Source: Antedon mediterranea (taxonomy: Eukaryota; Animalia; Echinodermata). Taken from it: a stretch of 64,000 bases of DNA. Shown piece by piece: positions 1 through 10,890 of this stretch; position 1 is the first letter of the stretch, and each line of letters starts with the position of its first letter. Both the position numbers and the translations under genes were made by a program. The stretch spans positions 20,271,648-20,335,647 of the forward strand of contig NC_092673.1 in the NCBI RefSeq assembly GCF_964355755.1, in the 5' to 3' direction. Under the pieces are notes generated by a model. That model saw only the letters and a program-made list of their open reading frames with translations, was not told where the DNA came from and searched no databases.

Positions 1-46
1 AACAAATTTAGAAATCGAAGAGGTCGCTTTCGAGAGAGCGCATAGA

Positions 47-349
47 TTGCACAGCAAAAGTAACCCACGACCAATCATAGCAAAACTTACTAGCTACAAA
101 CAAAAAGATGAAATAATGTCCAAAAATAGAGCACTCAAAAGGAAAATGACTGGAAATAAATCAAAAATTAACATGGGTGAAGATTATACTTTCAGAGTCC
201 GTAAAATTAGAAAAGGCCTACAACCAAGGATACAACAAGCAATCAAAAACAACGATCGTTTTCGGCTCAGATATGATAAGCTGTTTATAGGCGACGAAGT
301 TTATACATTCAACGTAGAAGACAACAAAATCATAAACCTCACAAAATAG
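47..349 (+). CDS. LINE ORF1 C-terminal part (RRM/CTD-like)
   Basis: RAHRL..PRPIIAKL..I.EDYT..VR..R..L...LRYDKLFI pattern typical of LINE ORF1 C-termini; the frame is open upstream to near the window edge. Confidence 0.75.
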   Translation: MHSKSNPRPIIAKLTSYKQKDEIMSKNRALKRKMTGNKSKINMGEDYTFRVRKIRKGLQPRIQQAIKNNDRFRLRYDKLFIGDEVYTFNVEDNKIINLTK

Positions 350-3300
350 GGTTTTGGCCGTGGTCCTAATGAAGAACAATCTGAACCATTTTTGAAAGTC
401 ACTAAACACATTGATTGTATTTCTTGGAATATTAACGGTATTAATAACAAATTCGCTGATTCTGACTTTATTGAGTATGTTAACAAATTTGACATAATTT
501 GTTTTAGTGAAACATGGGATAAATATCGGAACGATTACAATATTGAAGGTTTTACTTGCATATCAAAATTACCAGATAAAACAAGTCGACATGGAAGAAA
601 TAGTGGAGGCGTAATGGTATATTATAAATTAAATCTCGTCGTTGAAGAACTGCCAAGTGCATCGAATAACATTATTTGGTTAAGGATTACTCTATCCCCA
701 ACCGACACTGTTGTAATCGGTTTTTTGTATAGACCACCAAGTACATCCAGTTACGCGACAACTGACTTTTTTGACATTTTATCTAACGAATATTTGCATT
801 ACAGCTCCCAAATATCAGACATAGTATATGTAGTTGGCGACTTTAATGGTAGAACTGGTTCGGAGGACGATTACATATCTGCTGACGAAAATGACACATG
901 GAACAATAATCTATTTCTGGAAGACAACATCCGGATTGAAAGTAGAACGAATTCTGATTGTATACTAAATTGCTACGGTAAAGATATATTAGAATTTTGC
1001 AAAGAAACTGGTATGCGAATCACAAATGGTAGAATTGATAAAGAATCATCCAGTGGTTTTACATTTATCAGTTCACAAGGTAAAAGTGTATGTGATTACC
1101 TTCTTACTAACTCAAACAACTTTAAACTAATATCTTATTTAAGAATTGATGACCGTGTTGAATCGGATCATATGCCAATTGCCTTTAGTATTCAATTCAA
1201 AGACAAAGAACACACCAAAATGATTGTCAATGAAGATAACACGTTTACCCAGAGTACGTTCAAATGGTCCAACAGTTACATTAATGCATCCAAAGTCAGA
1301 TGGGAACATGATATCATTGAAACTATTGATAATGATTTTATGAATGCTATCTCTGAAAATAAAATTGATGAGGCAGTTTCACATTTATGTAAAATTTTTG
1401 AATACGTATGTAAAGGAATTAAGTATACACAAACAAGTAAGTCTTCAACTTCTACAAAACGAAACGAATGGTTTGATAAAGATTGTAAGAACCTTAAAAT
1501 GCAGGTTAAACAATCATTAAAAAGATTTAGAATTATGCGCACTCAACCTTTTTTAAATAATTATATTCAGATAAAAAAGCAATATAAATCGCTATTAAAA
1601 TGCAAAAAAAAATAACTTTCATAAAAGAATACGCAAACAAATTATCGATTCACTCAATACAAAGGATAGCAAAACGTTTTGGATGAAGTTGAAGACAAAA
1701 CAGAAATTATCTTGCGAACTTTCTATTAATCAATGTTATATTCATTTTAAGAACCTATTTAAAAACGATGAGTCTATTGGTAGCGCTGAGTTGCCAAAAA
1801 TCACAGAATGCCAACAGAATGAAGACGATGATAATTTAGACCACGACATAACGGTGGATGAAATAAAAAAAGCATTTAATTCTCAAAATAGTGGAAAAGC
1901 TCCCGGCATTGATGGAATGAATTTTGAATTTTTGCTAAACGCCCCCAACATTATTTTTGATATTTTAAAAATTCTTTTTAACGCCATATTTTTAGTTGAA
2001 AAATTTCCCAAACAATGGGCAACAAGCTTAATCGTTCCAATTTTTAAAAATGGAGATAAAAACAAACCTGAAAATTATAGAGGTATTTCTTTAATTCCAA
2101 TCCTAGGAAAAATATTTTTAAATATTCTTAATTCTAGGTTAACACAATTTACAAATAGTAAAAAGTTAATTCATGAGGAACAAGCAGGCTTTCGTAAGGG
2201 ATATAGAACGACAGATAATATATTCATTTTAGATACCCTCATCTCTAAATACTTAGATAAAAAGCGGGGTAGGATTTTTGTTTGTTTTGTTGATCTTAAA
2301 CGTGCCTTTGACTCTATAAATCATACACTTTTACTACATAAGTTGAAATGTATCGGTGTTTCAGGCAGAATGTTACACATAATAAATTCCATATACCAAA
2401 ACTTATCTGCTCATGTTAAAATTGGCAACAAACTTAGTCCATCTTTTAATTGTTCGATTGGAGTACAACAAGGTTCTCCGTTGTCGTCTTTACTCTTTAA
2501 TATTTACATTAATGATTTGAGTGGTATACTTAATCAGGTAAACGATTTCATTCAAATTGGAGATTGTCATATGAATCATCTTCTTTATGCAGATGACTTA
2601 GTGCTTGTTAGTGATACGGTGAAAGGTCTCCAAAAATTAATAAATAAACTTGAACTTTATTGTGATACTTGGAAACTTACTGTAAACACTACAAAATCCA
2701 AAATTATGGTTTTTAAAAATGGCCGCAATTTAAGGAACATTGAAAAATGGAAGTATAAAAATATTCAATTAAAAATTGTTAATTCGTATAATTATCTTGG
2801 TGTTATTTTTAGTTCAAATGGTGCATGGAACAACTCAATGCAACATAATCAACAAAAAGCAAATCAAAGTTTATTCTGCTTAAAATCATTCATTTATCGT
2901 AACTTATCTTTTCTTCCAATTAATACATGGAACCATATTTTTGATGTGAAAATACTTCCTATTTTAACGTATGGAAGCGAAATCTGGGGAATGTCAGATA
3001 GCACAAACATTATAGAAAAAACACATACTAAATTTTGTAGATATTTATTGCAAGTTGGAAAAAATGCACCAAATGCCGCTGTTACTTCTGAGTTAGGTAG
3101 ATTACCACTTTCTTTGGATTGTTTAGTTACAGTTATAAGATTTTGGTTACATATTATTACTTTAGATCATGACAGATTCATTTTTAAGTGTTATGAGTTT
3201 CAACTTAGAAAAGTTAACCGTAATGAGAATTGTTGGGCACAACAGGTCAAACACTTACTCTTTTCTACTGGTTTTGGTTATATATGGTTACAACAATATG

Positions 3301-3782
3301 TTAATAGTAAAGGTTTATTTTTGAGAGAATTTAAGTTGCGCTTATGTGATATTGAAAAACAAAAATGCATTCAAAAATTTAGTTTACATAATAAGTTAAG
3401 GCTCTTTTCTCTTTATAAAAAAGAAATATGTTTAAGTTATCACTTGACCAACATCATTAATTTTAAACAAAGAAGATTATTAACTAAGTTACGTTTAGGG
3501 ATATTAGAGCTAGAAATTGAAAAGGGCAGATGGGAGGGTGTAGAAAGATATAAGAGAACGTGTAAATTATGTAAAAAGAACATTGTTGAGGATGAATATC
3601 ATTTTATTTTGCAATGCACATTTTACAATGATTTAAGAAAAAGTTTTATTCCAAGATTTATTCGTGTTTTTCCTTCTATTAATAAGCTTTGTTTATTACT
3701 TTCCAACACAAATTTTACTTATAATTTAGGAAAATACGTCTACTTTGCTTTTGAAAGAAGAAACCATTATCTTAAGTTATAG
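350..3782 (+). CDS. LINE ORF2 (endonuclease plus reverse transcriptase), split by one frameshift in an A9 run at 1604-1612
   Basis: ORFs 392-1615 (EN) and 1683-3782 (RT) join if one A is removed (CKK-NNFHKRIRKQIIDSLNTKDSKTFWMKLK). Confidence 0.9.
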
Positions 3783-3862
3783 TTAATTTTTATTTGTTTG
3801 TATTAGGGCCAAAGGCCAATATACTTTGAACCAATAAATTCCCTGAAAAGGGAAAGAAGAGA

Positions 3863-4006
3863 AGAGTATTGCTTGTTCAGTCAGTCTTGAACTTGTCTCT
3901 TGGTAATATTTAAATCGTCTTTTACATTTTGATAAAGTCGGTCCACACCACAAAAACTATCAGGATGCTTAGGATCTTAATATACTTTTCTTAAGTACTC
4001 ATTCAT
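3863..4006 (-). pseudogene. Polinton-type integrase N-terminal fragment
   Basis: Manual translation MNEYLRKVY*DPKHPDSFCGVDRLYQNVKDDLNITKRQVQD*LNKQYS matches the YYDP.HP.SF.GV..LY...V..WL..Q N-terminus of Polinton integrases; two stops fall at conserved Y and W. Confidence 0.72.
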
Positions 4007-4261
4007 ATTCATTACCCTCATTCACCCAAATGAAAATTAAAAAAATAAATCAAATACTTAAATAACACGCAAAGATCAAATTTCATTTTCGTTGTTGTTG
4101 CTTTTAAAAGAAAAAAACACAACCTTTATTTTAACACACATTCTATTTCAATATAATTTATAACCATAATAATAATAAATTTACCGAAAAGAAATAATAA
4201 TTATATAATTATGTAATATTAATTAAAAAAGTGTTAAGATATTATTTTAAATTTGTACAAA

Positions 4262-4954
4262 TTACAATTGGTAAAGAATCTTATTAAAAAGTTCTGAATC
4301 ATTTGTAATCAACTTTATTGCTTTATCGAACGCATCAACATTGATACAACGTAAATGAAAGTAGTTTAGCGCCCATTCAAAATGGGTAGCGCTATTGTCC
4401 ACAAGTTTCAATGCCAGAATTGGGCGAAAAAATGTTAGGAGTTGTTCATATCTTGAGCCGTGAAAGTTATAACGTTCAACCATGTCATTCAGAATGAATA
4501 TAAATTCTTCTATGAAAACCTTCTCAATTGTTCTCATTATTTCTTTGTACTCAAGTTCGGTAGTTTCTTTCTTAATCTCCGCCTCCAGCACAGGGTTCAG
4601 GTACTCTTCTGCAAACATCTCATCTTCTACCTCATCTTCTACATCGGCTTTTCTTGCCAGAAATAGGTGGTAGTCAACTACCGATGACGTGTCGTCATAT
4701 ACAATCCTCTCCTCTTCAGAAATTATTCTCGATCTATAATGTTCGTCTTCTTCAGTATTAGATACATTATTGAAATCAACGTTCATTGGAGGTGGGGGTT
4801 GAATCGCCATTAAACACGTCATACAATTTGAAGGTACTGCTGTGCCGTGTTGATGTGAAACTTTGTGTATCTTTACTGGATTAGATACAGCACTCTGTCC
4901 TTTTGAAGAAGAAAAAACTCTCTTACTACCGGATTGATTTTGAGTAGAATTCAT
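4262..4954 (-). CDS. Orphan 230-aa intronless ORF inside the Polinton remnant
   Basis: ATG start, intact 693-nt frame in very AT-rich DNA, TATA-like run at about 5048-5058 upstream, AATAAA at about 4125 downstream; no domain recognised. Confidence 0.55.
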   Translation of the reverse strand: MNSTQNQSGSKRVFSSSKGQSAVSNPVKIHKVSHQHGTAVPSNCMTCLMAIQPPPPMNVDFNNVSNTEEDEHYRSRIISEEERIVYDDTSSVVDYHLFLARKADVEDEVEDEMFAEEYLNPVLEAEIKKETTELEYKEIMRTIEKVFIEEFIFILNDMVERYNFHGSRYEQLLTFFRPILALKLVDNSATHFEWALNYFHLRCINVDAFDKAIKLITNDSELFNKILYQL

Positions 4955-7900
4955 CCTGATAGATAATAACAGCAGGATAAAGAACAGATGACTAAATGTT
5001 CAAAATCTAAAGCAGGAAAACTGTACTGTTTTCAAATTAACAATCTGTATATATATAGTAAATCAGGTACCGTGTTAAAAATAAAATAATTTACATATAT
5101 CATACTTAATTCAATAATTCATAGAATAAATACCAACGTAATTACTAAGTATTCATTAAAACACTCTCATATTAATAAAAATATATTAATATTCACGAAT
5201 ATTAAAACATCTCATTACTTATTCATTGGACTGAGATCGCTACGCTTACAAAAACAACGAATTATGATTGGTAGATTAATTCATTAGCGCTATGTTTATA
5301 AGGAATCTTATTGGTTCATTGCCTGATGACGTCACATACCCGCTAAAATCACAGGATTTGAAAAAAATAGACAGCGGATTGATGTTTGATTGATGATTTT
5401 GTTCTTATACAAACATAAAAAAAAGCAGTAATCAAAGCTGATTAAACTTGTAGATTTTATGCATTAAAATATACTATAATATCAGACTTCTCAATGAAGG
5501 TAAGCACATTATTTAAAATTTTTATTTATTTATTTATTTATTTATTTATTACCATCTTTATATATTGAAGGAATACCCTTAAAAAATAATGCGGTTATGT
5601 AACTAAACGAAAAAACAAAAGGATAAAAAACTAATAAAATAATCAAATAACTTTTAATATCTTTGAATATCTCAACAAGGACAACGAATTCTAATTTCAT
5701 TAGCATTAGGCTTATAAGGAATCTTATTGGTTCATTGCCGGATGACGTCACATACCCGCTAAAATCACAGAATTACAAAAAATGACCTGTCCACGCCTCA
5801 CATGTAAACTAATTCCATGGAAAGACAGCGAATTGATGTTATGATTCCTTATACAAACATAAAAAACAGTAATCAAAGCTGATTAAACTTGTGGATTTTA
5901 TTCATTAAACTGTACATCAGACTTCTCAATGAAGGTAAGCACATTGTCTTTAATATTTAAATGTAAATATTTATTTAAACATTATGTAATACATGTATTA
6001 CGTTTGAAAATTATACATAAAACTATCTCTCATTTACTAATTATTCATTAAAACACCCCTCATATTAATACAAATATATTAATATTCATGAATATTAAAA
6101 CATCTCATTACTTCTTCATTGGACTGAGATCGCTAAACAAATTAATTTATTCATTTATTCAAAAATAATACCATTTTAATTATTAAATATTCATAAAACT
6201 ACCCCCCCCCCCCACCCCTAATTAATTATTCATAAATAGTACACTCATAATTAATATACTAATATTCATTAATTAATTTATGAATTATTCATTGGACTGA
6301 ACGGGGAATTATACTACTCATACTACTGCAGCAATATTGAATATCATCAATTGCAATGTCACCAGTAAAGTCACTTTCCCTAATGCCTTCAAACACAATG
6401 TAGTTGTCTCCATCACCAGTTTTCTCAAATTGTATTACAGCATTACGCCATGAATCTCCTTGATTACCACTTCTTGTCCATAACAGTTCGTCTCCCAAGT
6501 TTGACGTTCTGTAAACGTTGAGTGTTCCAATAATAGGTCCGTACATGTGATAGTAGAATGATAAAGATACACGTTGGCCTGGTGGTAGCAATGGACTTCT
6601 TAGGCGGGCTGACTCCCCTTCAGTTATGGAAGTTTCAATATAAGCATAATAAACACCTATGTATGTTGAAAAAAAATGGTATTTTGAAATTTAGTACAAT
6701 TTTTTATAAAAAAAAAAATAGAATTATCAATAATTCCAATCCCCAAGCACCAAACAGTATATGCAACGGCGCAGATCCGTTTTTAATAGTGGGGGTAGCC
6801 CCTTGAAGCCCGGCTCTTTGAGTAATTTATAGGTCGTTTCAATCGATTTCTGAGCACATACAAATTTAGCCCAGAAGAGTACAATTATTGTTAGGCATGT
6901 CCCCGTCCGGTGATTATGTACCTGTATGGCCGTTTGTTGGTCCAGTATTTGATGATCCCGTTGCACCTGTTATCCGTGTCCAATGAAAGTCATCATTATT
7001 TTCTTGAGCCCAGCCATCAAAACCTGTCCGGAAATCTGTTTGAACTAAAAAAAAAACAGAAATTGAGCGCAAATTCTGGGCTGTAGATTTTGGACACAAT
7101 CCGTAGACGAACGATGTTTATGTGTAAAAGATTCTATTCTTTTTCAAGATATTCTCCGGCCGCCGTACCTGTATCAGAATAAATAGGTTACAAAAGAACA
7201 TATTGGGACTAGTTTTGTTTATCTTTATTAGTACTATGACCGTAGTATAACAGTACTGTAATTCCACAATCTTTAAACAAAATATATCACAACTTTTTAA
7301 AGTTACATACCACGACACCAAATATCATCAATTGCAATATCACCAGTGTCGTTACTCCATTTAATTGCTTCAAACACAATGTAGTTGTCTCCATAACCAT
7401 TGTGTGTACATTTTATTGTACCCGAATAATGCCATGTATTTCCTTGGTTACCGCTTCTTGTCCATAACAGTTCGTCTCCCAAGTTCGACGTTCTGTAAAC
7501 GTTGAGTTTTCCAATAGTAGCTCCGTACATGTGATAGTAGAATGATAAAGATACAGTACTTTGGCTGTTTGATAGTAATGGACTTCTTAGGCGAGCTGAC
7601 ATCCCGGTTGTGTGCAATGATGTTTCAATATAAACATAATAATCACCTAAGTATGTTGGAAATAAACAAAATGGTATTTTGAAATTTAGTACAATATTTT
7701 ATTGTATCAAATATAGAATTACCAATAAATCTCTAGCACCTACAAAGTTTTCTGTACCTCTGTATGGCCGCTTGTTGGTCCAGTGTTTGTTGAGTCTGTT
7801 GCGCCGTTCATCCGTGTCCAATCAAAGTCATCATTATTTTCTTGAGCCCAGCTATCAAAACCTGTCTGGAAATCTGTTTTAACTAAGAAAAACGGTACTA

Positions 7901-8099
7901 AATAAAACATAAATTGGAGTAAAACTGAAAAAGTGAAAAAAATAAACAAATGACAATCCTCTATGTATTTGGAAATAAACAAACTAAACAACATAGAATT
8001 CGAGTTCTATGATGCTTGTTTTGCCGAAACCTAAAGTCCCATTCCCTGCGTTTTATAGATCTAAAGGTCACAAACTACATTTAATGTAAAAGTAGATAC

Positions 8100-8266
8100 T
8101 ATATGGTCCTATTCAGATACCTTTTTTCTTCATTTAACGGTTAACAAGATCATATACATGGCTGCAGTCGCGTGCTCAAATTTGAGTTAGTGTTTACCGA
8201 CCAATCGACCGACGATCAGCCGACCGACATAGTGAGCTGTGGAGTCGCGTTGCATGCGACTAAAAA
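8100..8266 (+). mobile_element. Helitron/Helentron-like non-autonomous element 3' fragment
   Basis: (CCGA)n microsatellite followed by terminal hairpin AGTCGCGT-TGC-ATGCGACT and an A-run. Confidence 0.4.
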
Positions 8267-9483
8267 TGTGAAAAATAAGTCGATTCTAATCATTTTAGCG
8301 ATGTTTACCAGCTAGGCCTACAAAACAAGCCTAGCTAGGCTATGCCTAAAGACCGTCCACGAGAGAACATTTACCGCGATCTACTTGGGTAGTGCATTGT
8401 TTCTCTCTTCTTGTCATACCATAAAACGTACAATTAAGACAAGGAATGACCTGGTTTAATGATTTTAAAGTATACATATGCATTATTTTTACAAAAAGTC
8501 ACAACTTGTAGGCAATGGGTCTTTAAAAATATTTTACTGTATTAAAATAGAATTAGTTTTAGTACATTCATTATATCTCAATGAACCGGAATTGTTTCTT
8601 TTGCAACCAAACTCTTATTTCTCCATGGTTTTAGTATATTCATTAGATCTCAAGGAACCGGAAGTGCTTCCTTTGCAACCAAACTCTAGGATGGATCACT
8701 ACAATACGTTTCTATAACAATCTCAAACCTGTACGCACTTACCCATTGATGACGTATCATTTTCTTGAGTCCATTCATTAAAACCATTATTTAAATCTGT
8801 ATTAACTATTAAAAACATATCCTGTATTTGAATCGATAAATTAGCATTTTTCACTGATAATGTATGATACCTTGCCTCGCGTAAGCACCATATGGCGTCG
8901 ATGCGCAACACCACTAACCATCACCTTACAAACATTCACAGATAAGAGACAAGCTATATATTTGGTCATCGTAAATGAGGTACATTATATGATAATGTAA
9001 CTGAAAGGAAATAAAATTATCAACATTACACAGTTTTCTTTTATTTTCCAAACCTTTGGAGCTGCTGCTGCTGCTGTTCCGTTATATTTGCTATTGCCAC
9101 GTACATTATACCATCGACTGAGAATAGTTTACCACTCAGAGACCCAAGACTTGGTAGCTGAGCATACTCCACGAATAGGTTACTGGTAAAATTCCATTTA
9201 TACACTTTGAGTTCACTTCGTATGATGTTCCGTTAGTCACAAGTAAATAATGATTTATAGTCAATTCTAAATACGATACATCACATGCGCCATGTGTTGC
9301 CATCGCTTGATGTTGTTCGAAAAAACCTAAAACAAATAAAATTACATATTTTTATAGAACAGAAATTAAAGGGGTGTGTGAAGATGGATGTTTCAGAGTA
9401 AGTTGGACAGAAAAACAAAAAAGTGGATTGGAGAGAAAACATCATACAGCAAGTAAACATCAAAAAATCGAGACGGACAGGAC

Positions 9484-9540
9484 AATCAATTAATCAACAT
9501 CAATCAATCAATATCAATCAATATCAATCAATAAATCAAT

Positions 9541-9571
<31 letters not shown>

Positions 9572-9703
9572 TCAATCAATCAATCAATATCAATCAATAT
9601 CAATCAATCAATCAATATCAATCAATCAATATCAATCAATCAATCAATCAATATCAATCAATCAATATCAATCAATAAATCAATATCAATCAATCAATAT
9701 ACA
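9484..9703. repeat. (CAAT)n/(CAATAT) microsatellite
   Basis: Directly visible simple repeat in an intron of the EAR/MAM gene. Confidence 0.95.
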
Positions 9704-10890
9704 ATAATTAGTAGAGTACCCTTACCTGTTTGTGAGTTAAATGTGTAGCTAGACGTAAACTATTCTGCTGTCCGCAACAAACAAAATATAGAGTTGTTCA
9801 TTTATTTTAAAATTCTCAACTTTTCGTACATCACTTGTTCCAGTCAAATCTTGGTAATGTTCATACAGTTTATTAGAATTGTTGTATCTGTATATTGGAG
9901 TTCCACAAGAACCATCACTGAAATGTAAACAAAAAATACCTCGCCTCAATACTCCAAATGTTTCCAGACCGTTCCCTTATAATGCAAGGACATAATACGC
10001 AACGCAAGCCAATTGACCAATGGCAAAAGACAGTTCGTACAATCCATCGCTTGTGATTGGTCAAATCAATTACGTTGCATCTACGTCTTTGTGTTGGACG
10101 CAAATGGGAACCAAGGCGTTTGAATGATTTCACGTAATAAATAATTATAATCATTAAACAAAATTACGGATAAGAATAATAGTATAAAAAGACGTTTAAT
10201 TAAAAACTGTCTTGGTTTACTTGATTTTTTGAACGAGCTTCTCTTTTTCCGCAGGAGAATGCAAGTGACACTATGTATTTAGAATTTAAATCCCGCGCCG
10301 TGTCGAATTTATTATTCTGAGCTCCGTCTGTGATTGGTTGATACCCTGATATGTAAAGAAGGCGCAGTGCCGATGACTCAAGCAAGCTTTTTAAATGGCG
10401 ACGTTTCACCTCCACGAATACAATTATTTATTTTGAACAAATAATGTTTGTAGCTCTAAAACAAATTGACTAGACTTCTATAGTTTGAACCTATACTTTA
10501 AAGATCCATGGTTTGATCAACCCAGTATTATTGTAGACTATTTAGCCCTATTTTAGCATTCCCTATTTAGCATTATTGCGCTTAATTTATGATTATCATA
10601 ACCCTTTGTTAGTAGATTTTATATTATGTGAAACTTTAGTCTATACTCTATATGTAGCTCTTCACAAAATAATAACAATAATAACTTAAACCCAGGTTCT
10701 CAATTTCAGCTACAAAATCGATGAAACACAGAATTCCAATAGAAAATGTTTTTTTTAATTATAACACAACTGCTTACTTTTAAAACTCAATACTAACTAC
10801 ACAGATCTGACTCATATATCCAATTTCACAGTATTCCATGATAACACAAGATATAAAACTTTCTTATTCCCCACCACAAAACGGGTAGTA

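Larger units (their letters stand above)
1..3840 (+). mobile_element. Non-LTR retrotransposon (LINE with ORF1 plus APE-RT ORF2; RTEX/L2-like), 5' part outside the window
   Basis: Basic ORF1 C-terminus (47-349), APE endonuclease motifs (SWNING, SETW, GDFNGR, CDY, SDHMP), RT motifs (KAPGIDG, YRGISL, QAGFR, FVDLKRAFDS, GVQQGSPLS, LLYADD), C-terminal CxxC...EDEYHFILQC finger, AATAAA at about 3833. Confidence 0.93.
3860..6327 (-). mobile_element. Polinton/Maverick terminal remnant
   Basis: Minus strand begins AGTAGTATGAGTAGTAT at 6327 (Polinton-type terminus); AT-rich subterminal direct repeats (about 5140-5240/6035-6135 and 5295-5510/5710-5945); orphan ORF; decayed integrase N-terminus ending at the LINE 3' end. 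Confidence 0.65.
6328..9917 (-). pseudogene. Multi-exon EAR/EPTP-repeat plus tandem MAM-domain gene, apparently disabled
   Basis: AG/GT-bounded exons at about 9917-9727 and 9326-9030 (EAR-like: IYRYN...YEHYQDL, FFEQHQAMATHGACDV...YLLVTN...KWN...FVEYAQLPSLGS...YVAIAN), 8805-8743, 7882-7758, 7646-7311, 7044-6922, 6656-6328 (MAM: DFDWTR, YIETS, ARLRSP, LSFYYHMYG, LLWTRSGNQG..W, GDIAIDDI). Frameshifts at about 9750, 9085 and 7758. Confidence 0.75.

Noticed and set aside
9423-9707. 94-aa Q/S/I/N-rich ORF
   Set aside because: Translation of the (CAAT)n microsatellite.
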